Of a stretch of 64,000 nucleotides of DNA, positions 49,235 through 61,878 are shown one piece after another. Positions within the stretch are counted from its first letter, which is position 1. Every line of letters begins with the position of its first letter. Location: contig MU004231.1 of NCBI GenBank assembly GCA_010405405.1, forward strand, positions 2,185,860-2,249,859, written 5' to 3'. The stretch is from Microthyrium microscopicum (taxonomy: Eukaryota). A program made the position numbers and the translations under genes. Under the pieces are notes generated by a model, which searched no databases, was not told the origin of the DNA, and saw nothing but the letters and a program-made list of their open reading frames with translations.

Positions 49235-50348
49235 TCAAGCTTGCGGTTTAGTTCGGTACTTCTTTGGTACGTAGTCGAAATTAGTTTCTTTCTGCTCTGA
49301 GGGTCGTTCCTTTCCTTGCTGTGCACGTTCCTGACGTTCTCTCGCCAATCGTTCATTCCAAGTTACATAATGGTAATCAGTCCTATACCATTCAGGCTTT
49401 GTTTCTGGGCGAGCAGGCAAATACGGTTTGACCTTGGCCTCCTGTTCAAGTCGGCGGTGTTTGGGTATCCAGTTAAACAATTCGTCCGCCCTATCTTGCT
49501 CCTCGTCGTGTTGATCAGGGCCCCAGACATCTTCGTAATGCACCCAGTTGAACAATGTGGCCTCCGCTTTTTTCATATTTTCTTTCGTTCGTTCCATCCA
49601 TGCTCGTTCCCTCCGAGTTTTATACTCATAATCAGTCTTGTCCCCCAAGCGATCAGTTTCCTTCGGCCACCTCATGCTGGCGTGCTTGGGTAAGTTCGCT
49701 AGGCGCTTTCCCTCCTCATCGAGTCGTCTCCATTCGGGCTTGTAGTCAAAGTTTGTTGTTGTCTGTTCCGGTTCCTTTCTTTTGACGTGCTCTTTGCCTC
49801 GAGCATATAGCTGTCTGGGGGATGACGACTCGCTACTATCGTCAACATGTTTCTCTTCAAGCAGGATTGAGCTTGGGCACTCACCCATGGCTGCCTAGAC
49901 CTTTGGATTCACAGCACTTTGCAAATTCGTTATGATTCACTCGGTTTCCTGATGGTCCAGCGCTGCCTTGACACAATCCACGAAAGGCGTGGTGGTAAGT
50001 CTTTGCACCAAAGGAGTAATCTTTAGGGTGAACTTGGCGACAGCACTGCTGCGTGGCTGCGTCATCGGCTGGTCCACCTCCACGGGGAGATCTGGCGTTG
50101 TTAGCAAGCTTGTAAGTCGAAGCTGTTGAGAATACGGTCGAGGGCTGTAGGTGACCTCAGATGGACCAGTCTTCACCATATCAGGTCTCTTGGAGACATT
50201 TCGTTTTGCAGTGATCTGCAGTAGACCTTTTGGGCCGTGATGGCACCTGAAATGCTGGGATGGGAAGGTCTACTTACATTGTGCACCAAGCTAATTCTCC
50301 TGCCGCCGCAAGGCCACAGAAGATGCTAGCAAAAGCTACTGCCTTCAT
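49235..50348 (-). CDS. Secreted protein with a 6-Cys domain and a charged repeat tail (about 292 aa)
   Basis: Exons 50348-50278, 50091-49885 and 49835-49235 join in frame (879 nt). Signal peptide MKAVAFASIFCGLAAA; C..CC..C..CC pattern; HVKR site before the tail. Confidence 0.7.
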
Positions 50349-51563
50349 GATGGTTGCCTGTAGCCTTTTCAGTCGCTTTTCTACAAGTAAGTGTGGAGAA
50401 AGTGTACTTCGTGGTGTATTGTTTCCAAGCGAAACACGGTGCAAGTTTTGGAGAAAGGTATGAATTATCTCCTCCTTGTGGTATTTAAATATTTCTGTGT
50501 TCTGACAAAAAGATTGGTAAATGTTATCTTAGCTGACCATAGAGAGCTATTGACATATAGAAGGGCTCACACCATATGGGGCCTTTCGCGATGATTTTTA
50601 TAGTGTCAACCATATGATAATGCACGGCCGTCAACGTATCGCACAACTGATGAGAGAGGAAGAGAGGATAATGCTGAATTGGTGCAAGAGAAGAATCTTT
50701 ACTATTCAAATGATATCAAAATTGAGTAATCACAGGTCGTGATGCTCTTGAATTTACGCAGTGATGCTCTTGACTCCTTGAGAGTAGATAGTAGAAATCT
50801 GGTGCTAGCCCTGTTGTAACTATCAGGCTGGCAAAACCGCAAGATTTGTTTAGGGTACCGCATGTGGAAATAGAACCTCAACAGATTAGCCACGGAGCAT
50901 CAGAATAAAAGAGGGGTTCCAAGAACTATGAGATAATGGTGAAGTGGCCAGGTGTAACTTAATCTTGATTGTGGGACCGATCGAAGCATTCGGACAAGAG
51001 ATCATGGTCCGCACTAGAACAAGGCAACAGCTGCAATAGTATCTACTTGATAGGAACACGACTGTGTTTATGAAGAGACTGTGAGACGAATACAGGCAGG
51101 AGAGGAACACTGAAGTAAAATTAAAGTTTGCAGCAGCCGGCACTACCAACCCGGGTTTGTTTCTTGATCACTCATCACCAGTCAGACAACAGTCAGGGCT
51201 GAATGATGACTTTTGATGATTACAACTTTGATATGACAATCATTATCGCCCGCTACCAGTTCCTGACATGAGCTTTGAAAAAACAAAAAGTGCTTAAACT
51301 CTGCCAAGTATCAGTGTCAGTGAATGTGGAGAAATTTGGCATGGAGATACGAACCGGGATTTATCTCGATCGATTATTCACGTCGAGTAATCAATAGCCC
51401 TTGCGAAATGCTGTTCAAGTGATCGGGCTGGTATGGTATCTACTTAGGTATATATATTGGTGTCTGCTTTCTTTATTTACAAGATCAAATCATTCCAGAC
51501 AGATTCGAAGCTTTAGAACAACAAAAGTTTTCCCAACACTTTACCCACAACTTCCAAACGATT

Positions 51564-52476
51564 ATGCCTTCGTACTTCATTACTGGCGCAGGACGAGGAC
51601 TCGGCCTTGCGTTCACTAAAGAACTGGTGAGCTTTCCTTTAGCAACTTCTCAGACGCTGCACACCATGTACTAATCTAGCCAAAGCTCCAAGATCCAAAG
51701 AATCATGTCATCGCCAGTGCTCGCAACCCATCAGGTTCTAAAGGCCTCCAAGAACTCATCACCAAATACCCCAAAAATCAACTCTCTCTCGTCCAACTTG
51801 ACGTGACCGACGAAAAGAGCATCGCCAATGCCGTAAAGGAAACTGAAGAGCTCGCCCCAAATGGAATCGACAATTTCATCTCCAATGCGGGTATTGCCAG
51901 CGATGAACTAATCCCATTCTCCGACGTGTAAGTCCGCAAGTCAGAAGCTTGCCAACGGACCGAGCTAACACGAGATACAGCGACTTGAAGACTTTTGGCG
52001 AAGATCTCAACTTTCAGCTCGTCGCCACTATCTCACTCTTCCGCGCTTTCCTACCACTGATCAAGAAAAGCGAGCAGAAGAAAGTACTGGTATTGACCAG
52101 TGTGCTTGGCTCGATTGAGCTGGGTATTGGAATGCCGGGATTGGCGAACACCTACTCTATCATGAAGGCGGGCTTGAATATGTGAGTATTTCCATGGCAT
52201 ACGGTGTAATGTAAGACTAACAAAGATAGGCTATGGCGCAAGTGGGCAGCTGAGTTGAAAGGCGATAAAGTTACCGTTGTGCTCATTCACCCTGGCTGGG
52301 TTGGAGAAACTGATATGGGAGGAACTATTGGGCCTTACATGGAGAAGTACGCCCCTGATGTGCTCAATGTGCCGGAGGTGGAGTCTGCGACTGGTTGTAT
52401 GAAGGTCTTGAAGGAGGCTACTTTCGAGCAGACGGGGTCGTTCTTTGTCTATGATGGAAGCTCTTTGCCGTGGTAG
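51564..52476 (+). CDS. Short-chain dehydrogenase/reductase
   Basis: ITGAGRGLG, VQLDVTD, ISNAG, TSVLGS, YSIMK (YxxxK), IHPGWV; three introns. Confidence 0.92.
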
Positions 52477-52770
52477 GTTGGCGAGTAAATCGATGGGAGG
52501 TAGTACTACCAGCGCGAGATATGTTGGCTGTGACAGAAGGTATCTGATAATGAGAACAGAATTATAGCACTATGATAGAATGATTAATGTACAAAAATAT
52601 TTCTACCCATGTGAATAACTTGAAAACGGTTTCATAATTGCCATAAGATTCTGGGTTAATCATGGGGTATATCTACCAGCCCAATCCCAGGCTGCTCACA
52701 TAGCTTCTTTTAAAGGATACATCTATTCTACATGCTCGCTAACAGTGCTTTTCATTTTGATTCACAGGGC

Positions 52771-55150
52771 TTAAAGTGCAATCGGCGACCCAAAGGTAAA
52801 TGACCGCTGGCTTCCACTCATCGTCGCCCAAAGAGTAAGCGGATCACTGCCAACCTGCTCACTCGTTACAGCGCCGTTTCCGTCCGCCGTAGCAGGGCCG
52901 GGGAATGTCACTGGGATGGGCACAGAGCAAGTGTTGCTGGTGGTGGTCAGACTTGCGCCGGAGATGGATTTGCCATCTGCGGAGAGTGTCCAGCTGAGTA
53001 GAGGAGCGCATGCACTGGAAACAGGTTAGATAAATGCAGGTATTGAAAGACGAACGAACTTACTCGCGAGTCATGCGATTCCGCATATCCGTCGCCAGAT
53101 CGTCGTGCTTGAGCGTTATGAGTGGCCAGTTGGTCAGGCGGCTCATTTCTTGCGTGATAACTTCGGTCCAGATTTGCAGGAGCGACAAAGTGCCGGTTAC
53201 GGAGCCAACGGTGAATGAGTCGACGTCGCCTGTACGGAGGTTGGCTTGATGGAACATGAAACTACGACTATCAGTTACTACTTCAGTATCCTATTTTCGC
53301 ATGAACTTACGCGTCATGGCGCAGAGCAAAGAGACTTCGGGTGTAGGTTGTCTTGGAGAATTGCAGGAGGTAGTTGAAATCGCCGGAGCCACCAGAAGTG
53401 TTGACCCATTCGTCGAGGGTGCAAGAGGCGACCGCGCAATTGTAATAGATGGGTAGGGACCAGCGAGGCATAATGGTCAGACCGGCATATCCGTTGTTGG
53501 CAACGTTGCTGATCAGTGGCCAGTGCTCGTTGTCCTAGCGAGATGGTAAGTACTGTGTCGTAAATAAGTGTGAATGGCATGATGATGGACTTACGGTGTT
53601 TCGTAGTGGAGGGCGGCTGTTATCGCCCATCGCTGCGGTAATGCCATTGTCCATCCAAGCCTTGATAGCATCTCCGTTATGAAGACCGGTAATGGCAGGA
53701 GGAATAAGACCTTTGGAAGAGAAAACGCCGGCATCGAGTCCAACCTGCTTTAACCACGCCTGGTTCCATGTAATCTCGTGGACAATATCCGAGTATGTCG
53801 CATTATTCTCGTTTTCATGTGTGAAGGTGTGCGAGATATGGAAATAAGCATCTCGATTGGCGGGAGTTAGGAACCAAACAAGGAGAGTATCTTGCTTCGC
53901 ACAGGCAAGGGTCCAAGGATATGTGGTTGGAGTAGTTGGCCAAAGACTAGTTCCCGTGCCCAGTGCCTTTTGGAACTCCAATGGTGGGTCGGCGGGCTGA
54001 TCCAGAGAAATCATACCGGCAGGATCGCAGACTCCGGAATAGTTGGAATCGATGGCCCATTCGATGTTTCCATTGCCGTTGTGTCCAAGCTCCATAACAT
54101 ATTTTGACCCTGCGGGAAGGCGAGTATTAATGTCCTTCATCCAGGCAACGTGATTATCCAAGTCAGTTGGTCGCAGACGGAATCGATCTCCAGCTGGTTC
54201 ATACACATAAGTGCTGAGTTGAACGTCATCAACTTGAGTGCTGAAATAGATTCGTCTCCGACCAAGGAAAAGGCCTCTTGTCATCCAGTGGATATGAGCG
54301 TGTTGAAGGTATGCAGAGGTTTGGGACCAGTCTGTAGCAAAACTTGTGAACCAGACGAATTGTTGACGACCTCCAGTGAAGGTATTGATGACTGCGGCGG
54401 TAGTTGTGGTGGCAAATTGGCCGTCTGAACTGGGGGCGAACTGAGCAACCTCTTTTGCGATTGATGAGTCGGTAATGACTGCGGGATAATGATATAGACC
54501 AGCAGTTGAGATTCCAGCTCCCCTAGGACATGTCAGAAGATAGTTCACTACCAACTCGTATGACTTACGCCTTCAATTGAGCAGTGGGAAAGGAGCTGAC
54601 ATCTGAGAAGCTGACGAGCTGCTCAACACCAGCGTTACAACAACCAGTGCTAGCAATTGCAGTGGTAGTGCCTAGGACATATTAGCATGTCACAACAGCG
54701 GGAGATACGAGATTACTTACCAAATTCCACGTTGGGATACACGTCTATTCTGACCATGCGAACACCAAATGCGGTTTGATAGTCGTACATAGTTTGCATT
54801 TGATCCGTTGTCAAGGCACTGTGCCATCCTGTACCATCGGTATATCCATATGACACTTCACTAAGAACGATGATACCACCATAGTTGCCCTTCGTAGCTG
54901 TAGAGTTGAGGGTTGGTAATGTGACGCCAGTTTGAGGAACGAGGACAAGCTGATATGGTATTCCATGAGCGTTGAGTCCAGATGTTGCTGTATATGAAGT
55001 TGTTGCATCGCGAGCAAAGACCAGAACCGTACTAGCTATTTGTTTTGCGCCTGTAGTTGTGGTATTCGTACATACTTGAGCAGATACTGATGAAGACAAG
55101 AGAGTGTATGCTAAAAAGAATGGTCCAATGATCTGCGAGAAATGGCGCAT
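52771..55150 (-). CDS. Agd3-like secreted polysaccharide deacetylase (CE18-type)
   Basis: Signal peptide; TVLVFARD, FGVRMVRIDVYP, STQVDDVQL, GHNGNG, HISHTFTHENENNATYSD, IPPAITGLHNGD, FHQANLR; multiple introns. Confidence 0.85.
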
Positions 55151-57040
55151 CTCTAAACTTGGGACACTCCAATTAAGGATCCCAATGAATATTAAAAAGG
55201 ATTAAAAAGAAGGGAAGGAGGAAGAAAGTCGTTAGTATTAATGAGAGAAGAACGACTGGAACAATACAGAGCGAAGACGACGTGAGCACTGAGAAAGGAC
55301 GGAGTAAAAGAGTCGCAAAGGACTGACTGCAAGTCAACATCCTCTCTCCACTTTTGGACGTGATTCTTGTGCTCAGGAGAGTGGCAGACGCCAAAATCGT
55401 GGCACCAAGACAGGCCGCAAAAGTCTTCTTGCTAGGCTGCCTGGATCGTTACGACTAAGCATTGGATATACATTACTATTGGCAGCAAAAGCTAGCAGCT
55501 TGGCTCTTTCGCAGGAAAGGATTGGCTAACTAAAGCAAGTTTGGATGTTTTGTAAGAAAAATGGCATGAGGCAAGCCAAATGAAGCCAAAAACAGCATCG
55601 TGTTGATCGAAGAGTCTGGCCAGAAAGGGGCTAGAAGGCAAGCCACGCGAGGGGATTGGGCCAATGCGGCTCGCGGAGCACCCGAAAAAGTCTTGACATT
55701 TCAGGTGAACCTGGGAGACTTGGACAATGGGTTCCTGACAAGCAAAACTAGTGCAGGAACCAGAAGCAATTCAATAGTCAACTGTCATGGCTGCTGTTGT
55801 TCTTGGCAAGAGATGCATTACGCAGACAGCAATTTCGCGACCAGGTGACAGACTAGAAAGTATGGAGATTTCCTTGGATGTAAATGATAGTAAAAGGACA
55901 TTGCGGTTTCAGACTTTCAGTTAGAGTAGGATACCAGAATTCGAATGATATCTCTCCCGTTCCACAACTCTTCTCAGAAACATTGGAGATCTTGGGCGCG
56001 AATCGCGAGATGATGTCGATCTTGATGATGGTCAAAGTTCAAAAGTGGTAACCGAGATGGGTTTGCGTGTGTCAGCAATGTCAATGACAGCTCGGCGCTA
56101 GCTTGGGAGTAGATTCTAGACCCAATACACGTGAAGTTCAACCTTCCAAGGCCCATCATAGGCCTGTTGTAACTCCATAACTTGATGTGGCGTTGGTAAG
56201 GCAGCGCATCTTTTCGGCCGGCTTGTGGGCTTACCCTTCGACGTGGGGCTTGGTCCTGGACTCCTGGCCGCTTGGAAGACTGTAAAAGCAATAAATATCG
56301 CGTGTTCACTGTTGACACGCTCTTCCAAGTGGTACACTGGTAAGGCTTGGAAATATGTCATGTGGAGGGCGAACGAGTTGCAAATTCTCAGACAAAGACT
56401 TCTCTAGTCTGCTACTGGTATCCCTTAACCTACATCGACGTTGCGGCTTGAGCTAGCAAACCCCGACAGCCAGTGACAAACCAAGCTGTCAGCCACTTTT
56501 CAACATTAGCGTTGAATTATTTTGTATGTGAAGGGGTGATTTTGGGTGTGTTTTCGGGGCTGAGGCGTATTTTACCTTGGAAATCTTGCCTTCTTGAGTA
56601 AGGCGCCCGCGCACTAATGCAACGTCGATTTCTAGCGCGGATAGGTTAAGGGATCGAATGGGTACAAGATCTGTGAAATGAAATCTGTTGTCAGGTTTGG
56701 AAACCGAGTGACTGGGTAGACGACAATCAGTCCCTCCTTGTCTGCTACCATTCCACTACCAAAGGGCAAAGAGATGTATGATGCCACAGAAGCATTTCTT
56801 GGAACTGGTATCAGGGGAAATCCAGCAAACGATTCTTGATAGACGCTCGCTGGAACTTGACAAGCGCGCGCTCGTGCGACCCGTTCTGCCGGTGTCGGCC
56901 ATTGATTCTTGCATGTGCGGCTTGCATCGGGATTTACTCATAGCCCGAACATATCGATAAGATTTTTTTAAGAATGACTCTTGCTGGCATCTATATTTGT
57001 CCCGATACATGCATCTTCACGTTTGAGGATTCGCTAGATC

Positions 57041-57900
57041 ATGACACAGGTTGAGCAATTAACTGTCGGCGTGCTCGCCTTACAAGGAGCTTTCAGCGAG
57101 CACATACAACTTTTACGGAAAGCTGCCGTAACATTAAACGCAGGTGGCGCAACCGCGCAATGGAAATTCACAGAAGTTCGCACAGCAGAGGAGTTGGCGA
57201 GTTGTGATGCGCTGATCGTACCTGGTGGCGAGAGCACTGCTATTAGCCTAGTAGCTGCCCGCAACGGGCTGTTGGATAACTTGCGCGACTTTGTCAAGTA
57301 CCTCATTCTCTCCTCTATCAGAAGTCGAACTAATGGGCGGCCAGGGTAAAGCGAAAACCAACCTGGGGAACATGCGCCGGCCTGATCTTGCTCGCCGAGT
57401 CTGCAAATCGAACCAAGAAGGGCGGCCAAGAACTCATCGGAGGACTGGATGTGCGAGTGAATCGCAACCATTTTGGACGGCAAACGGAGAGTTTCACCAC
57501 CAACATCGAGTTGCCCTTCCTATCTTCGCTTCCGGAAGGAAATATACCATATCATGCGATATTCATCCGTGCACCTGTGGTGGAAAAGATCTTGCCACAC
57601 GTAGAAGGAATTCAGACGAAGGAGGCCGAGCGAGATGATACCGTTGTGGCGCCATCACTGCAGCCCGAGGAGCAAGTACCGAGAGATCTAATCAATACTG
57701 AAGTAGAAGTTATGGCGAGCTTGATACGGACGGAAAAGCATCCAGGAACTGTACAGCCAAACGAGACTTCATCAGGTGGAGACATTATAGCCGTACGACA
57801 AGGCAACTGTTTCGGGACAAGTTTCCATCCAGAGCTGACTGATGATCCGAGAATCCACGTGTGGTGGCTGCAAGAAATATTGCAGACGTTGCATAAGTGA
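57041..57900 (+). CDS. SNO1: Pyridoxal-5'-phosphate synthase glutaminase subunit
   Basis: VGVLALQGAFSEH, PGGEST, WGTCAG, RNHFGRQTESF, FIRAP, SFHPEL; one intron. Confidence 0.96.
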
Positions 57901-58016
57901 TACTTTTCGAAATCAAATGCTCCTATTTTGGAAACATGGGTATCATAGACCTAGAACCGATAAATATCCTGCCAAGGACCGACCGGCTCCAGCTGCTGCT
58001 CTTCACGACGCGAGAC

Positions 58017-58757
58017 CTAGTATTTCGGCCCTGACGTTTCTTCATAGACTCTGCCGTAACCACCGCGACCTGGAACGTGTTAGTGTCAGGTTTCCAGACA
58101 GCATGATTGTCACTATAGAGTGTCTCTTACCTGGATCGTACTCTTCACGATACTCGTCGCGTACTTGCCCACCGGATTTACCACGACTGCTTCCTGTTAG
58201 CTAGATATACAACATAGAGTAGAATAATATACCCATATTGACGTCCCTCGACAAATCCCTCGTCCAAATCTGTTCGAATGATGCGTTCGTCCAACTTGGT
58301 GCCCCCGACATATTTCATACAATCCAGCGCATCCTGATGGTTGTAATATTCGACGAAGCAGAAGCCACATGGGGTCTTTTGGAAGCGATCTAGGCCCATG
58401 ACGAGCCGTTTGATCTCGCCGCACTTGGAGAAGAGTTCGTGGATTTGTTCTTCGGTGGTGTAGAAGGACCTTGCGACTATTAGTATTGCCAATCGATCGA
58501 CTGCGAAATGAGTCCATGCAAGTTTCCAACGTAGAGTGTAGTGGCATCTCTCAGCTTGTCTTCCACCTCGGGAGTAGGTGGACGTTCTTCGCCATCGCGT
58601 TCGTCGCGACGTGGTCTTCGCTTCCGCCGAGTCTGTGGTTTCATTTAGCTCCTTCGTCTTGGAAAAGTAGTCCGAAACTGACCTTGCTGGCAATGTATGA
58701 GCTGGCCTTGTCGAGTCGATCGACTGTACTAGTCGAATAAGAGTATGCTAGAGACAT
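58017..58757 (-). CDS. CBC2: Nuclear cap-binding complex small subunit CBP20
   Basis: [56 protein letters not shown]; four introns, the second GC-AG. Confidence 0.95.
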
Positions 58758-59012
58758 GATGATCGCTGGGTGTGTTGCTTGGAGTTTAATGGCAGCAAGT
58801 TGCTAGGAGAGAAATATAGAAGGAGCTCGGGCCACAAGGAGCATGGGTCGCGCTTTCACCAAACCTAATTCCTGGCGCTAGTCTTCAATGTTTGAACGCG
58901 ACCAAACCGCCAACTCAACAACTTCAACACTACTCACTCCACCAATTGTCGAATTTAGCTCGATCCAGACTGTAAAGCTGCCCCTTTAAACTCTGAGGAC
59001 TCTGCTGTGACG

Positions 59013-61663
59013 ATGCCTCGAGTTCTCGAATTTACGCCGGGCTGGCTAGCTCGAAATCGACCTGGTTTTGACCTTTTCGCCGCAAAGCCAAAGAGCACAC
59101 CGACACCAGATGTTACGCCGCAAACTGGACCTTCGCGGACTATAGCTCGACGTGGAACACAGTTATTCGTTGCTGTGGGCAATGAAGTACGATGGACCGA
59201 CTTGGTGCTGTTAAAGGATTTTGAAGCAGAGCGCAATTCAAGAAGTAGAAAGGCTACACCACTTTCGCTGGACAGTGTCCCTGAAAGCTTGTTTAGAGTA
59301 ACTATATCCTCAGTCCCATTTGAGAATATGAAGCGCTGACTTGAGGATAGCTCATCAAAGTACCCGTGTCTGGAAAGATCACACAACTCAGCGTCTCACC
59401 TTATGGCGACCTCATGGCCATTGTTACAACCCATACTGTTCAAGTGGTTGTTCTACACCACCACTATGAGCTTGATCCTGCTGCTGCTCGAATGAAAACC
59501 TTCCAAGTCGGCTCATCACATCACGTTTTGGAACGCGCACCTATTGTCTCAGTTTTATGGCATCCACTGAGCCCCTCAGGCCACTGTTTGGTTACCCTGT
59601 CGTCAGATGCTATTGTTCGCATGTGGGAGTTGGACCCAGAGAGCCGCCTCTCTTTCGACAAAAGCACATTATCGATTGATCTTGGAAAACTGGCCAATGC
59701 GTCAAGCACAAAAGAAGACCTGTCGGCCTCAGAGTTTGGACGAGGAAAATCTTGGATGCCCGATACAGTATCTCTAGAACCTGCTGCTGCTACTTTTGGC
59801 GGATTAGGACGAACCGGAGAGCACCCATGGAGTTCAATGACACTTTGGATTACTACGCAAGCTGGAGATCTTTACACTCTTTGCCCCCTTATTCCTTCAA
59901 AATTCCATGCTTTTCCTGGTATGGTGAGAACCATGTGGGACTCGGTAAACGCAAAACGGGAGGAGTTACGAAGTAATCAAAAAAGCTTCGAATCGGAAGC
60001 ATTTCAATTGTCCAAACAAGAGGAATGGTTGCGCAACCTGGAAGATGACGAACCTCTCATCTACACCACTCCGAATGGCTATACCATCGAGGTACTGTCG
60101 CGACCTATATCTCCTCGGCCAGAGCCCTCACTCCAGGGTCCATTTGACAGCGGTATAGATGACCTCGAAGTTTCCGAAATAATTGTCCGCAATGTCACTC
60201 TCGGAGAAGAGCCGCTGGAATTCGAAACGGGCGATGTCGTTGAGGACGACGATGAGGAGTCAATACCAATGGGACTATCTGTTATTTGTCTCTTGGATCG
60301 ACGCGGCACACTTCATACACTTCTTGATCTGGAAGAAATAGAAGCTCGTTGGTTAAGCGGCCCAAGTCTTATCGACGATGAGTCGGAGGAACGTACTTTG
60401 TTGCTCGTTAATTCGATCAATCCATCACCAAATACACGTATTCCAGAAGACTTCTTTCCCAGTCTGACGCCGGACGTCATGAGCTCTTATGCTTTCTTTC
60501 TTACGCACCCTGCTGGTGTTTTCTATTTCTCATTAGAGTCTTGGATGGAACGGCTACGAGATGAACTCGAAGAACCTGGTGAAGCTGGCGTCCAGTTTCG
60601 AGTAGAGATGCTTCTTGAAAATGCCGAGCCGGCTTTTGAGCACATTCTGAAGCTGTCTCCTGACCTACCAGCTGCTTCAACTAATAGTGGAATACCTGCT
60701 TGTTGCGTCCTTAATCATCCTGATGTTGGCTACCTTGTCATGACAACAGTTAATGGTCAGCCATTTTGCGCTGTCCTTGATACGCAGCATCGCGAACTAT
60801 TTGCCTCTTCCACAATGTCCGACTCACGCGCCGGCCTGAATTCACTAGACGCTGAGGCCTCTCCTTTGCTTCTCATGCCTCCTGACGCGCGCGAACCTTA
60901 CGCACCAGACAATCGCTTCTATACTAATTCACCCCTTCCAGCTCACATTGCTGCCCTCCCCGCACGCTTCAAAATTCCCCTGTCCGAAAACATCGCCCTT
61001 TCTGGCCAAGCACTCGATCTTCTCATCCACGCCCATCAAATCGTCAGCAATGAAAGTCAACAACTCAGCGAAGCCGCCGCCAAAACCTTTGAGGCGTGCA
61101 ACCGCATGCTCAACGAATATCACGATCAGATTGCTAAGGTGCGCGACCTATCCCACCGCGTTGAAGCTATCACCGGCGAAGATGAAGAAGCTTTCGAGAG
61201 CGACGCATCTGACGCTGAAGTTGGTACACGCCGCCTGCAGGTCCGCGTCGACACTGCGAAGGCCCGCCAAGACGAACTCATTGCCAAAGCGCAGCGCGTT
61301 GCTCGCAAACTCGGCACTCTAAGTGGCCGTCAAATGAGCGACCGCCAGAAAGAGTTCGCTGGGGATACAACGCGTATGGCTGGAGACTTTGGGCTTGATG
61401 CCGATGGCAAGGCGGACGCCCACGCAGATGCTGCGCTGCTCAAGCGCTACAAGGAGGTACAACTATTAGCGAAGAGTGTCAAGGAGCAGAGCAAGGATCT
61501 GCCCGAAGCGAAACAAGAAAGCGATTCCAACGGGCGTTCGGCGCGGGTGCCGAGTGCGATACGCAAAGCGCGGATGGAGCAGATCGGCGAGATGTTGGAA
61601 CGGGAGAGCTACATGGTGGACGCGACGACGGAGCGGCTGAAGCGATTAAGCGTTCAGCTTTAG
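59013..61663 (+). CDS. NUP82: Nucleoporin Nup82/Nup88 family
   Basis: MPRVLEFTPGWLAR..GPSRTIARRGTQLFVAVGNEVRW, beta-propeller motifs (SVLWHPL, GDLYTLCP), C-terminal coiled coil ending TTERLKRL; intron 59298-59350. Confidence 0.88.
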
Positions 61664-61878
61664 CAATAGGAGCGTAATCGATCCGTAGGTTTTTTGAATA
61701 AAAGCTTTATCATGTATTGTGTAAGGGTCTTTGTTCTATTCTTGGGAATGGCTAATCGCTAATAATATACAAGCAGAAGCAGCGAGACATTGACACAAGA
61801 AACAGTTCATTAATGCATTATATGTCTCTTACTCAGCAGTCGGGCCAACCTTTCGAATCCAGCAATCAATGCGATCAT

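Noticed and set aside
49937..50179. 80-aa ORF MVKTGPSE
   Set aside because: It begins inside a predicted intron; the real exon uses another frame encoding the Cys domain.
51564..55150. Secondary-metabolite gene cluster around the SDR
   Set aside because: No PKS, NRPS, terpene synthase, transporter or cluster regulator in the window.
58178..58693. 171-aa unspliced CBC2 ORF
   Set aside because: It reads through introns and loses YVGNL; the spliced model restores the conserved RRM.
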